64,000 bases of DNA from an uncultured Spirochaetaceae bacterium. Its GTDB lineage: Bacteria > Spirochaetota > Spirochaetia > DSM-27196 > SLST01. Position numbers and translations under genes: made by a program. The notes under the pieces were generated by a model. That model did not search any database, had not been told where the DNA came from, and saw only the letters and a list, made by a program, of their open reading frames with translations. Each line of letters begins with the position of its first letter. The first letter of the stretch is position 1. The stretch spans positions 328 through 64,327 of the forward strand of contig CAYWJH010000007.1 in assembly GCA_964458555.1 (NCBI GenBank), given 5' to 3'. This document shows positions 50,284 to 57,524 of this stretch, piece by piece.

Positions 50284-50912
50284 GTCGTGCCTCTCTTGTC
50301 CTCATCGCCGATGTGCTCGTCGAGCAGCCGGATCGTCCGCTGCAGCCGCGGGGCACGGAATCGCTCTGCCATCTCGGCCATCGTCCGCATATCCAGCCGA
50401 TCGGTCTCCTGCAGTCGCAACTCAGAGACATAGGCCGGATCCTCACTTCCGGGGGTCAGGTAGAACAGGTCGAGCAGCGCCTTTTCGGGTCTCGCGATGT
50501 GCGCCTCCTGCTTTCCCGAGGTTTCCTGCGTGTAGCCGAAGAACACTTCGCGTTTCACATGTCGATATACGATTCGTCCGACGGGTGACTCGATGGTAGA
50601 CGGCCTGCCGGTCGTGACGCACGTCGTTTCGGCCACGTACTCCGGGATCATGCCGAAATGCGCGAGCGCCGACTGAAGACTCACGTAGCTCCCCCGCTTG
50701 ATCGTCGACGCGACGACGTTCAGGTCGAGTCGCACGCGCCTGAACGGTTCGCGAAGCGTATACCATCCCTTGTGAATGCGGATGAGCCGCCCCCTGGCCA
50801 CCCAACGGCTGAGCTGGACTCGAACCACGCTGATGTCCTGCCCTGCGGTGATCATTCCAGCGGAGAAGCAGTGAAGATCCGAAGCGATCTCGACGAGCCG
50901 ATCAAACTCCAT
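50280..50912 (-). CDS. AbiEi-like (type IV TA) antitoxin / transcriptional regulator
   Basis: QLSRWV..G.LIRI.KGWY, SYVSLQSALAHFGMIPE, TCVTT, ARPEKALLD; promoter TTGCGC-N17-TAAGAT 6 nt upstream. Confidence 0.85.
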   Translation of the reverse strand: MEFDRLVEIASDLHCFSAGMITAGQDISVVRVQLSRWVARGRLIRIHKGWYTLREPFRRVRLDLNVVASTIKRGSYVSLQSALAHFGMIPEYVAETTCVTTGRPSTIESPVGRIVYRHVKREVFFGYTQETSGKQEAHIARPEKALLDLFYLTPGSEDPAYVSELRLQETDRLDMRTMAEMAERFRAPRLQRTIRLLDEHIGDEDKRGTT

Positions 50913-50995
50913 TGCAATATCTTAACAAGAATGGCAAAATGGCGCAACCTAATGCTCGGCGAACATCGTCTCGCGCCGCAGCCTCGTTCCGATTA

Positions 50996-51047
50996 TGCGG
51001 AGTGCCGCTCCGCAAAATAGGCCGATTCTGCGGAGTTTTGCTCCGCA
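50996..51047. promoter_or_regulatory. Pair of identical-arm palindromes TGCGGAG-N5-CTCCGCA
   Basis: Sites at 50996-51014 and 51029-51047, 33 bp apart, in the divergent AbiEi / AAA ATPase intergenic region. Confidence 0.8.
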
Positions 51048-51084
51048 TTCTTGCCGTATCCCGTGGATCGTGCTACCGTGAGAC

Positions 51085-52227
51085 GTGTATGTTCCACGCG
51101 CATGCGAGCCGCTTTCGGCGGCCATCAGCCCGGACAAGGTGCTGGTGATTCTCGGACCGCGGCAGGTCGGAAAGACGACGATGGTTCGCAGCTTCATGGG
51201 CCAGGAGAGCGGGCGAGCGCTCTTCGTGCACGGCGACGATGTCCGTGCCCAGACCAACTGGGGTTCGAACGACCTCGAGCTCCTGCTCCGCATGGTCGAG
51301 GGCTACGATGTCGCGGTGATCGATGAGGCCCAGCGCATTCCGTCCATCGGCGTGTCGCTGAAGCTGCTTATCGACGCCGGCGCCGGAGTCAAACTGATCG
51401 CAACCGGGTCGTCGGCCTTCGAGGCGGCCGGGCAGGTCGGCGAGCCGCTGACGGGCCGCAAACGCACCCTGACACTTCTTCCGCTTTCACAGGTCGAGCT
51501 CAGGACAATCTGGAATCGTTTCGAGCTCACCGAGAAGCTGGACGAGTTCCTCGTCTACGGCTCGTATCCGGAGGTCATCACGGCGGCGAGTCGCGAGGAG
51601 AAGCGCGCCATACTCCAGGAGATAACCGGATCGTACCTCTTGAAGGACATCCTCGAGCTCGACCGGGTGCGAAGCTCGAAGGTTCTGCTGGATCTGCTTC
51701 GTCTCGTCGCCTTTCAGGTAGGCTCCGAGGTCTCTCATCGCGAGCTCGCCACGCAGATCGGTCTGGACGGCAAGACGGTTGGCCGGTATCTCGATCTGCT
51801 CGAGAAGGGATACGTCCTGTACAACGTCCGGGGATTCAGCCGCAACCTGCGGAAGGAAGTCACCAAAAAGAGCAAGTACTATTTCTACGACACGGGCATC
51901 CGAAACGCCGTGATCGCCAACTTCAACGAGCTACCCGACCGCGACGACCGCGGAGCCCTGTGGGAAAACTTCATCTTCGTCGAGCGCCTGAAGCGGCTCA
52001 CCTACGCCGGAGGAGCTGCGAAGACGTACTTCTGGCGAACGTGGGACGGTCAGGAGATCGACATGGTCGAAGAGCGTGGAGGGCGAATCTCCGCGTACGA
52101 GATGAAGCAGCGCCGCAAGGCCCGCTCATCCGCACCAACCGCATGGAAGGAAGCCTACCCGGACGCGACGTACACGGTGATCACGCCGGAGAACTACCTG
52201 GAGTTCGTGCTCGGCGACGACGGGTAG
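51085..52227 (+). CDS. AAA_14 ATPase with C-terminal DUF4143 domain
   Basis: GPRQVGKTT, IDEAQ, ATGSS, GEPLTGR, YGSYP, KYYFYDTGIRNA, LWENF, YFWRT..GQEID...EMK; promoter TTGCCG-N17-TACCGT. Confidence 0.92.
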   Translation: MYVPRACEPLSAAISPDKVLVILGPRQVGKTTMVRSFMGQESGRALFVHGDDVRAQTNWGSNDLELLLRMVEGYDVAVIDEAQRIPSIGVSLKLLIDAGAGVKLIATGSSAFEAAGQVGEPLTGRKRTLTLLPLSQVELRTIWNRFELTEKLDEFLVYGSYPEVITAASREEKRAILQEITGSYLLKDILELDRVRSSKVLLDLLRLVAFQVGSEVSHRELATQIGLDGKTVGRYLDLLEKGYVLYNVRGFSRNLRKEVTKKSKYYFYDTGIRNAVIANFNELPDRDDRGALWENFIFVERLKRLTYAGGAAKTYFWRTWDGQEIDMVEERGGRISAYEMKQRRKARSSAPTAWKEAYPDATYTVITPENYLEFVLGDDG

Positions 52228-52274
52228 CTCAGCGGTCGGCTGTGTGGGACATGGTTCCGCCTCAGGCAAGGATC

Positions 52275-52412
52275 TGCCGCTACGTGCAGCTCAAGACGAT
52301 CCAGAGAACGGGTCGAGCGGATGGTGTTCAGTTGGCGGGTCAGATCAAGCTCCCGATCAATGAAGCCGAATTCACTACGGATACGCGAGCGAACGGTTTC
52401 GCTATCCGACAC
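52275..52412 (-). pseudogene. Truncated HEPN (HepT-like) toxin 5' fragment
   Basis: GTG overlaps the MNT gene end; helical N-terminus to ...LDRLELHVAA, then similarity is lost and no RX4H motif follows. Confidence 0.55.
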
Positions 52413-52701
52413 GCACAAGCTCTGCGTGGGTTCTGACGTCGCGGGAAACGTCGTTGTCGTAGTCGAGGCCGATAAGGTCAAACGGGAGCTGAAGTTCCAT
52501 CAACAGTTCGCCATACGCCGCGAAAAAGCGATTCTTTGGCAAGCCCACTGCCGCAATGTCGATATCGGACTCGGATCGTGCAGTGCCTGAAGCATAGGAA
52601 CCAAAGAGATAGACCTCAGTCGCGCCGTACCTCTTGAGGATCGCCGTCGCCTTACTGAGGTCCTGCTCGACAATCGGTGATAGAGACCCCGGTGTTCCCA
52701 T
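52402..52701 (-). CDS. Minimal nucleotidyltransferase (MNT) antitoxin
   Basis: VYLFGSYASGTARSESDIDIAA (GS...DxD), FDLIGLD. Confidence 0.88.
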   Translation of the reverse strand: MGTPGSLSPIVEQDLSKATAILKRYGATEVYLFGSYASGTARSESDIDIAAVGLPKNRFFAAYGELLMELQLPFDLIGLDYDNDVSRDVRTHAELVRVG

Positions 52702-52738
52702 GCCACAAGTCTACTCACGATTCAGTTCGACAACAACC

Positions 52739-52828
52739 TGGCAAAATGCCTGCTCTGAGGCGACCTACACCGTGAGCACGCGGCACGAGTGCCTAAACTG
52801 CGTACTCCGCGACGACGGATAGCTCAGC
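52739..52828 (+). pseudogene. Degenerate copy of the 3' end of the DUF4143 ATPase gene
   Basis: WQNACSEATYTVSTRHECLNCVLRDDG* aligns with WKEAYPDATYTVITPENYLEFVLGDDG*; both stops are followed by ctcagc. Confidence 0.75.
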
Positions 52829-53159
52829 CGCGGCCTCGCTCGACTCGCGTCACGCGCCTCAGAAGGACGTTCTGGACGTCACGGCGGCCGTCGATGATGG
52901 CCACAACGAAGGTGACATCCTGATCGGTCTGGTAGAACAGGCGCCACGGTGAGAGGACGATCTCCCGATAGCGTGTCACGCCGTAGCGCGCAAGTTCGGG
53001 TACCACGCGTCCGCTGTCCGGATGGGTCTCGAGCCGCTGGACTGCCGTGTCCACGCGCTCGACGAGCGTGGTCGCAGCCTGCGGTGACTCGATCCCAAGG
53101 AACGACACGAGCTCTCGAAGGTCCTCGGCCGCCACCGAAGCCCAGCGGACGGGTCTCAC
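52824..53159 (-). CDS. RelE/ParE family toxin
   Basis: VRW...A.EDL, HPDSGRVVPEL, WRLFY, IIDGRRD; GTGA coupling to the antitoxin. Confidence 0.9.
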   Translation of the reverse strand: MRPVRWASVAAEDLRELVSFLGIESPQAATTLVERVDTAVQRLETHPDSGRVVPELARYGVTRYREIVLSPWRLFYQTDQDVTFVVAIIDGRRDVQNVLLRRVTRVERGRG

Positions 53160-53431
53160 TGGCTGTGGATCGACTTCATCGCACCCGCGATCGCTTCGTC
53201 GTGGGTCACGGTCTTCCCTTCGTCTATCTCGCGCTCCGCCTGGGCAACGAGCTTCAGCAGCCCGATCGCATCGACCATCTCCTGGTACGAGGCGGTATCC
53301 AGCAACACGCCTCTGGCGTGGCCGTTCTGAGTGATCACGATCGGGTTTCGGCTGTCGTTCACGCGCTTGAGCATCTCTGCTGCGTGCGTCTTTACGTAGG
53401 AAATGGGGCGGATCGACTCGTCGAGTTTCAT
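53156..53431 (-). CDS. Phd/YefM family antitoxin
   Basis: IRPISYVKTHA, PIVITQNG.A.GVL. Confidence 0.92.
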   Translation of the reverse strand: MKLDESIRPISYVKTHAAEMLKRVNDSRNPIVITQNGHARGVLLDTASYQEMVDAIGLLKLVAQAEREIDEGKTVTHDEAIAGAMKSIHSQ

Positions 53432-53467
53432 GGTGACCTCAGTCCGGATAAAGTATCATTTTCGGAC

Positions 53468-53869
53468 TCATCGCGCAAGAATCAGCCCGAATCGCGCGTA
53501 CTCGTCGAACCGTGAGTCCGACGAAAGCATCGCGAATCCTGCCTGGATGCACTGCAAGATCAGCAGGCGGTCGAAGGGATCCCGATGATCGGTGACCACC
53601 GGCAGCCGGTGCGATCCCGCCGCGACTTCGGCGTCGAGCGGGAGTACGTGGAAGCCGGACGCAACGGCCGCGGGCAGCGTCTGCTCGGGCGTGATGCCGC
53701 CCAACTCAAGCTTGCCAAGGGCGTACTTCAGCGAGATTTCCCAGTAGCTCACCGCGCTCGTGTACTTGACGTCATCGTTGTTCTCAACGACCTCTCGAGC
53801 GCGTCGGTCGAGTCGATCGGGGTCAACGAGCGTCCACAGGAGGCAGTGGGTATCGACCAGGACGTTCAC
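53468..53869 (-). CDS. vapC: PIN-domain toxin (VapC)
   Basis: LVDTHCLLW, SAVSYWEI..K..LGKL, HRDPFDRLLI.Q, LSSD. Confidence 0.92.
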   Translation of the reverse strand: MNVLVDTHCLLWTLVDPDRLDRRAREVVENNDDVKYTSAVSYWEISLKYALGKLELGGITPEQTLPAAVASGFHVLPLDAEVAAGSHRLPVVTDHRDPFDRLLILQCIQAGFAMLSSDSRFDEYARFGLILAR

Positions 53870-54105
53870 GGTTCAACGAGCTCCTCACCGGTCATTTCGA
53901 AGTCGTCCATGAACCGCACCGAACCACGCCCGGCGAGAGCACCTGTCGCCACGGCGTGCCGCGAACGGTATGACGAATACGGAACCAGCACCGCCACGGG
54001 CTCCTTGCTCCGGCCGTAGGAGATCACGACCTCCTCGCCGTGCTTGACGAGGTCGATCACCTCAGAGAACCGTGCCTTGAAGTCGCCTACGGGCATGGTC
54101 TTCAT
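53866..54105 (-). CDS. Phd/YefM family antitoxin
   Basis: GDFKARFSEV...GEEVVI...PVAVLVPY. Confidence 0.9.
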   Translation of the reverse strand: MKTMPVGDFKARFSEVIDLVKHGEEVVISYGRSKEPVAVLVPYSSYRSRHAVATGALAGRGSVRFMDDFEMTGEELVEP

Positions 54106-54113
54106 TGTCCACA

Positions 54114-54149
54114 ATGATAGCTGTTGCATCGTTACTTGTCAACTTGACA
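54114..54149 (-). promoter_or_regulatory. Promoter and operator of the phd-vapC pair
   Basis: TTGACA-N17-TATCAT, 8 nt before the ATG; the -35 is one arm of the palindrome TGTCAA-C-TTGACA (54137-54149). Confidence 0.75.
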
Positions 54150-54232
54150 TGCGGAGCCCTCGGTACGCTTCGCCGGCGTCCCGAATATCAGCCGATGGGC
54201 GGTCGCCCGCCCACCGGCCCCATCGGTCGCGT

Positions 54233-54649
54233 CTAGAAAACGGGTACAGCCTCCTTCTTCTCGGCTTCGGCGGTTTCGCCCTTTTCGGCCGGCAGATCCG
54301 CCTGCGCCTCGACGCGCTTGTTCCACTGCGGCTTGAACTCGACGTGCTCGGCGACGACCTTCACGCGCGAGCGCGGCTCGCCGTCCTTATTCTCCCAGCG
54401 GTCCTGCTTCAGCCGCCCCACCACGCGCACGCCACGGCCCTTCTCGAGCTCGTCGTTGCACCGCTCGGCGAGTCGGCTCCAGACTTCGACTTCGAAGAAG
54501 GAGACCTCCTCCTGCATCTGCTCGTCCGCGCGATAGTACCGGTTCGCCGCCACGCCGAAGTTGCACACCGGCGTCCCCTTCGGCGTCGACGCGAGCAACG
54601 GATCCCGCGTGAGGTTTCCCTCAATCAGTACCGAATTCAGATCGTTCAT
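54233..54649 (-). CDS. ssb: Single-stranded DNA-binding protein
   Basis: LNSVLIEGNLTRDP, FFEVEVW, KGRGVRVVGRLKQDRW; GGAGG SD. Confidence 0.92.
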   Translation of the reverse strand: MNDLNSVLIEGNLTRDPLLASTPKGTPVCNFGVAANRYYRADEQMQEEVSFFEVEVWSRLAERCNDELEKGRGVRVVGRLKQDRWENKDGEPRSRVKVVAEHVEFKPQWNKRVEAQADLPAEKGETAEAEKKEAVPVF

Positions 54650-54797
54650 GTTTTCCTCCTCGCGGCGCCGCCGGGCCCGATCGACGCCGCTGTAAGAGGT
54701 ATACGGGGGAAAGGGGCGTGGTGCTTCATAACAGCCAGGCGCCGCGCGAGCCCGGGCGCGCGTCGGAGCGCTCGCCGATGCGGGACATTGTGACGGC

Positions 54798-55136
54798 ATC
54801 GAGGAGCGCCTTCTCCGCGGTCGCGATGTACGCCTCCTGCACTCCGGAGGCTTCCTGCGTGTAGCCGAAGAATACCTGCCGCTTCACGTGCCTGAAGACG
54901 ATGCGTCCCGCCGGCGAGTCGATGGTCCGCGGCCTGCCAGTCGTGACGCACGTCGTCTCCGCCACGTATTCGGGGATCACGCCGTGGTGCGCAAGCGCGG
55001 ATTGGAGACTCACGACCCCTGGTTGATGGTCGATCCTACGACGTTGAGGTCGAGCCGCACGCGCCGGAAGCGCTCCCGGAGCGTATACCAACCCTTGTGG
55101 ATGCGAAGCGAGCTCGACGAGCTCTTCAAGCTTCAT
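54798..55136 (-). pseudogene. Decayed second AbiEi-like gene
   Basis: Collinear with 50280-50912: MKLEELVELAS start, internal deletion, net 4-nt frameshift at GSYVS, truncation after EKALLD. Confidence 0.85.
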
Positions 55137-55219
55137 CGCAAGCGCTCGCCGAACGACTACGAGCATTTCGTCCGAAGCGGGAGGTGGATAGCGGGAATCG
55201 CCTACGCTATAGTGGGCGC

Positions 55220-55876
55220 ATGCGAACCCTGTTTACGTTCATCATCGTCGCCCTCCTGCTCCCGCTCCCGGCGTTCGGGCAGGAATGGGCTCTGCACCGC
55301 GTCGCCGACATAGCCGAGCTCCGCGCGACCACCGATCGGCGAATCGACGAGGGGTATACGCCGGTAGCGCTCGACATCAGCGACGAGCTTGGCCTGACGG
55401 TGCTCTACGCCCGGCTCGGCTCGTGGGACGCCGACTCGTACGCGATCGAGCAGCTGTCCACGCTGGACAACCTGAACGAGCTCGTCACGAGCCGCATCCG
55501 CGAAGGCTGGTTTCCCATGGACTTCGCCTTCGGCGCCGACGCGAACGCGCTCCTGTTCACGAGCACTGCCGCCGTCGTCGGAGGCTGGCGCATCGTCAGC
55601 GCGCCGGCTTCCTCGATCGAGGTGCAGAAAACGGTCGCCGAGTACCGCGCCGAAGGATTCACGCCGATGGGCGTCTCGGCGCTCGACGACGGCCAGCTCG
55701 CGCTGCTGCTTCTGAACCTCCCCGAGGCGGAAGCGCCCGCGTCGATCATCATGGGCGTGCCGACGGACCCGGAAGAGGCGGTCGTCGCGCTCCAGTCGAT
55801 GGTCGCCGACGGCTGGACGCCGATCAGCGTCACGACCACCGCGACCGAGATGGTCGTCCTCTTCCTCGAGCTGTAA
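55220..55876 (+). CDS. Secreted protein with four ~50-aa tandem repeats
   Basis: Signal peptide; repeats centred on EGYTP, EGWFP, EGFTP, DGWTP. Confidence 0.75.
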   Translation: MRTLFTFIIVALLLPLPAFGQEWALHRVADIAELRATTDRRIDEGYTPVALDISDELGLTVLYARLGSWDADSYAIEQLSTLDNLNELVTSRIREGWFPMDFAFGADANALLFTSTAAVVGGWRIVSAPASSIEVQKTVAEYRAEGFTPMGVSALDDGQLALLLLNLPEAEAPASIIMGVPTDPEEAVVALQSMVADGWTPISVTTTATEMVVLFLEL

Positions 55877-55916
55877 CCCCCGCGCGCCCTGCCGCGCGCC
55901 CTGCCGGGCGCACCAC

Positions 55917-55946
55917 AAAAAAGGGCTGCCTCCTGAGAGGCAGCCC
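55917..55946 (-). terminator. Intrinsic terminator of the outer-membrane protein gene
   Basis: GGGCTGCCTC-4 nt loop-GAGGCAGCCC followed by TTTTTT on the minus strand. Confidence 0.88.
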
Positions 55947-55975
55947 CGATATCCGTCTGCGTCGAGTGTGGACGC

Positions 55976-57223
55976 TTAGAAGGAGATCGTTCCCGCAGCG
56001 GTGATCACACCCTTGTCGCCCTCTTCGGCGAGGTCTTCGGACTCGTACTGGAGCGTGAAGACGGTGTTCTCAACGAAGCCGCTGAGCTCGACACCGGCGA
56101 TGAGAGACAGCGTCGTGGCAGGATCGACACCGTAGTCGGTCTCTACGAGGTAGCCGAACGCAGCGAACGGCATGATGCCGCCGGTCGCGTAGGCGAGCGC
56201 GGTCTCGTTGTAGATGCCGTAGAGCACCATGATGTCGATCATCTGGAAGGTGTTCGACAGCGCAAGGCCCTCGACGAGGCCCGAGGCGTCAACGGTCACT
56301 TCCTGGTCGATCTTCAGGTCGGGATCGCCGTCTGCTACGTAGGTCGTGGCGCCGAGGCCGAGGCCGGCAACGTCCGCGCTCAGACCGAGCGACGCGTCGT
56401 ACGTCTCACCGGGCACCCAGTAGTCGACACCGATGTCGACCGTGGCAGGACCGAGAGTGGCGTCAATGCCGGCGGTCAGGCCAATGTCGCCCGGCTCCTG
56501 GAAGGGGCCGTAGTGCGCGCCGAGGGTGACGGTAGCGGGGCCGGCGGCGACCTCCGCGATTCCACCGAGCGCGTACGCGTTGGTCACGTTCTCTTCCCAC
56601 GTGCCCGCGGAGGCGACGATGAGCGAGAGGGTGGCAGGCCCGAAGGTACTGCTCGCGGTCAGGCCCTGGTAGGACGAAGCCGTGTCGCCAACTTCGTCGG
56701 CGATGAAGCTCACTTCGCCCGAGCTATCGGTACCAAGAACGATATCGTCGTCTTCGAGATCAGCGGTCAGGACCGCCTCGACGTTCTCGTAGCCTTCGCC
56801 CTCTTCGAGGGTCACGTCGCTCAGCGAAACCTTCACGACGTCGGCAGGGTCGTCGTCATCGCTGAAGACGAATCCGGCCGCGTTGCCCGCCGCAAAGCTC
56901 GGGGCCGACCAGATGGTGACCGTCACGGGGTCGAACATCCAGCCCGCTTCCACGGACGGGGCCGCGACCGTGACGGCGTCGTCGCTCGCGAACGAGATCT
57001 CCCAGCCGCTCAGCGTGATCCAGCCCTGCGTACCGCTCTCTTCGTCGCCGCTCAGCCACTCGAGCGAGATGCTGCTCGCGGCTTCGTTCTGGAAACCGGT
57101 GGCGTTGTTATTCAGGTCCATGCCAAAGGTAAGCGTGGCGCTACCGGTGACGGTGACATCCTGAGCAAACGCGAGCCCGGAGACGAGAAGCAGTCCAATT
57201 AACAGAATACTCAGCTTCTTCAT
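55976..57223 (-). CDS. Msp/Tpr-like outer-membrane beta-barrel protein
   Basis: Signal peptide ending AFA, N-terminal TGSATLTFGMDL...GF pattern, alternating beta strands, terminal Phe. Confidence 0.7.
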   Translation of the reverse strand: MKKLSILLIGLLLVSGLAFAQDVTVTGSATLTFGMDLNNNATGFQNEAASSISLEWLSGDEESGTQGWITLSGWEISFASDDAVTVAAPSVEAGWMFDPVTVTIWSAPSFAAGNAAGFVFSDDDDPADVVKVSLSDVTLEEGEGYENVEAVLTADLEDDDIVLGTDSSGEVSFIADEVGDTASSYQGLTASSTFGPATLSLIVASAGTWEENVTNAYALGGIAEVAAGPATVTLGAHYGPFQEPGDIGLTAGIDATLGPATVDIGVDYWVPGETYDASLGLSADVAGLGLGATTYVADGDPDLKIDQEVTVDASGLVEGLALSNTFQMIDIMVLYGIYNETALAYATGGIMPFAAFGYLVETDYGVDPATTLSLIAGVELSGFVENTVFTLQYESEDLAEEGDKGVITAAGTISF

Positions 57224-57299
57224 TAGAGTTCCTCCTTGAAGCTTCAGGGGCTCGGGTCAACGACCCGAGGTCGTCCCCCCATCTTAGGATTTGTCCGGT

Positions 57300-57328
57300 A
57301 GTATAGCCGAGCCCGATTGCGCTGTCAA
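57300..57328 (-). promoter_or_regulatory. Strong sigma70 promoter of the OMP gene
   Basis: TTGACA-N17-TATACT; the 5' UTR holds an 8-bp hairpin (57251-57269) and a GGAGG SD. Confidence 0.85.
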
Positions 57329-57524
57329 GCATTTCGCAAGTTTCTCACAAAGCGCGTATCTGTCGGCCATGCAAGGAATTCGCACCCCCCGAACGGGCTA
57401 TTGTCGGCCGCGGGCCGATGTATACGACGGCCGGGGCGCGCGAAAACGGCGGGACACGGCGACAGAGGCCGGTTTCCTCCGCCCCGGCCACACCAGAACG
57501 CCGAAATTCGCTATCCTACCAGGC

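Noticed and set aside
55100-55220. Plus-strand peptide ...LHRKRSP...WIAGIAYAIV, faintly like a DUF6398-type motif
   Set aside because: It overlaps the antisense of the abiEi pseudogene start and the promoter of the next gene; similarity is too weak to support without a search.
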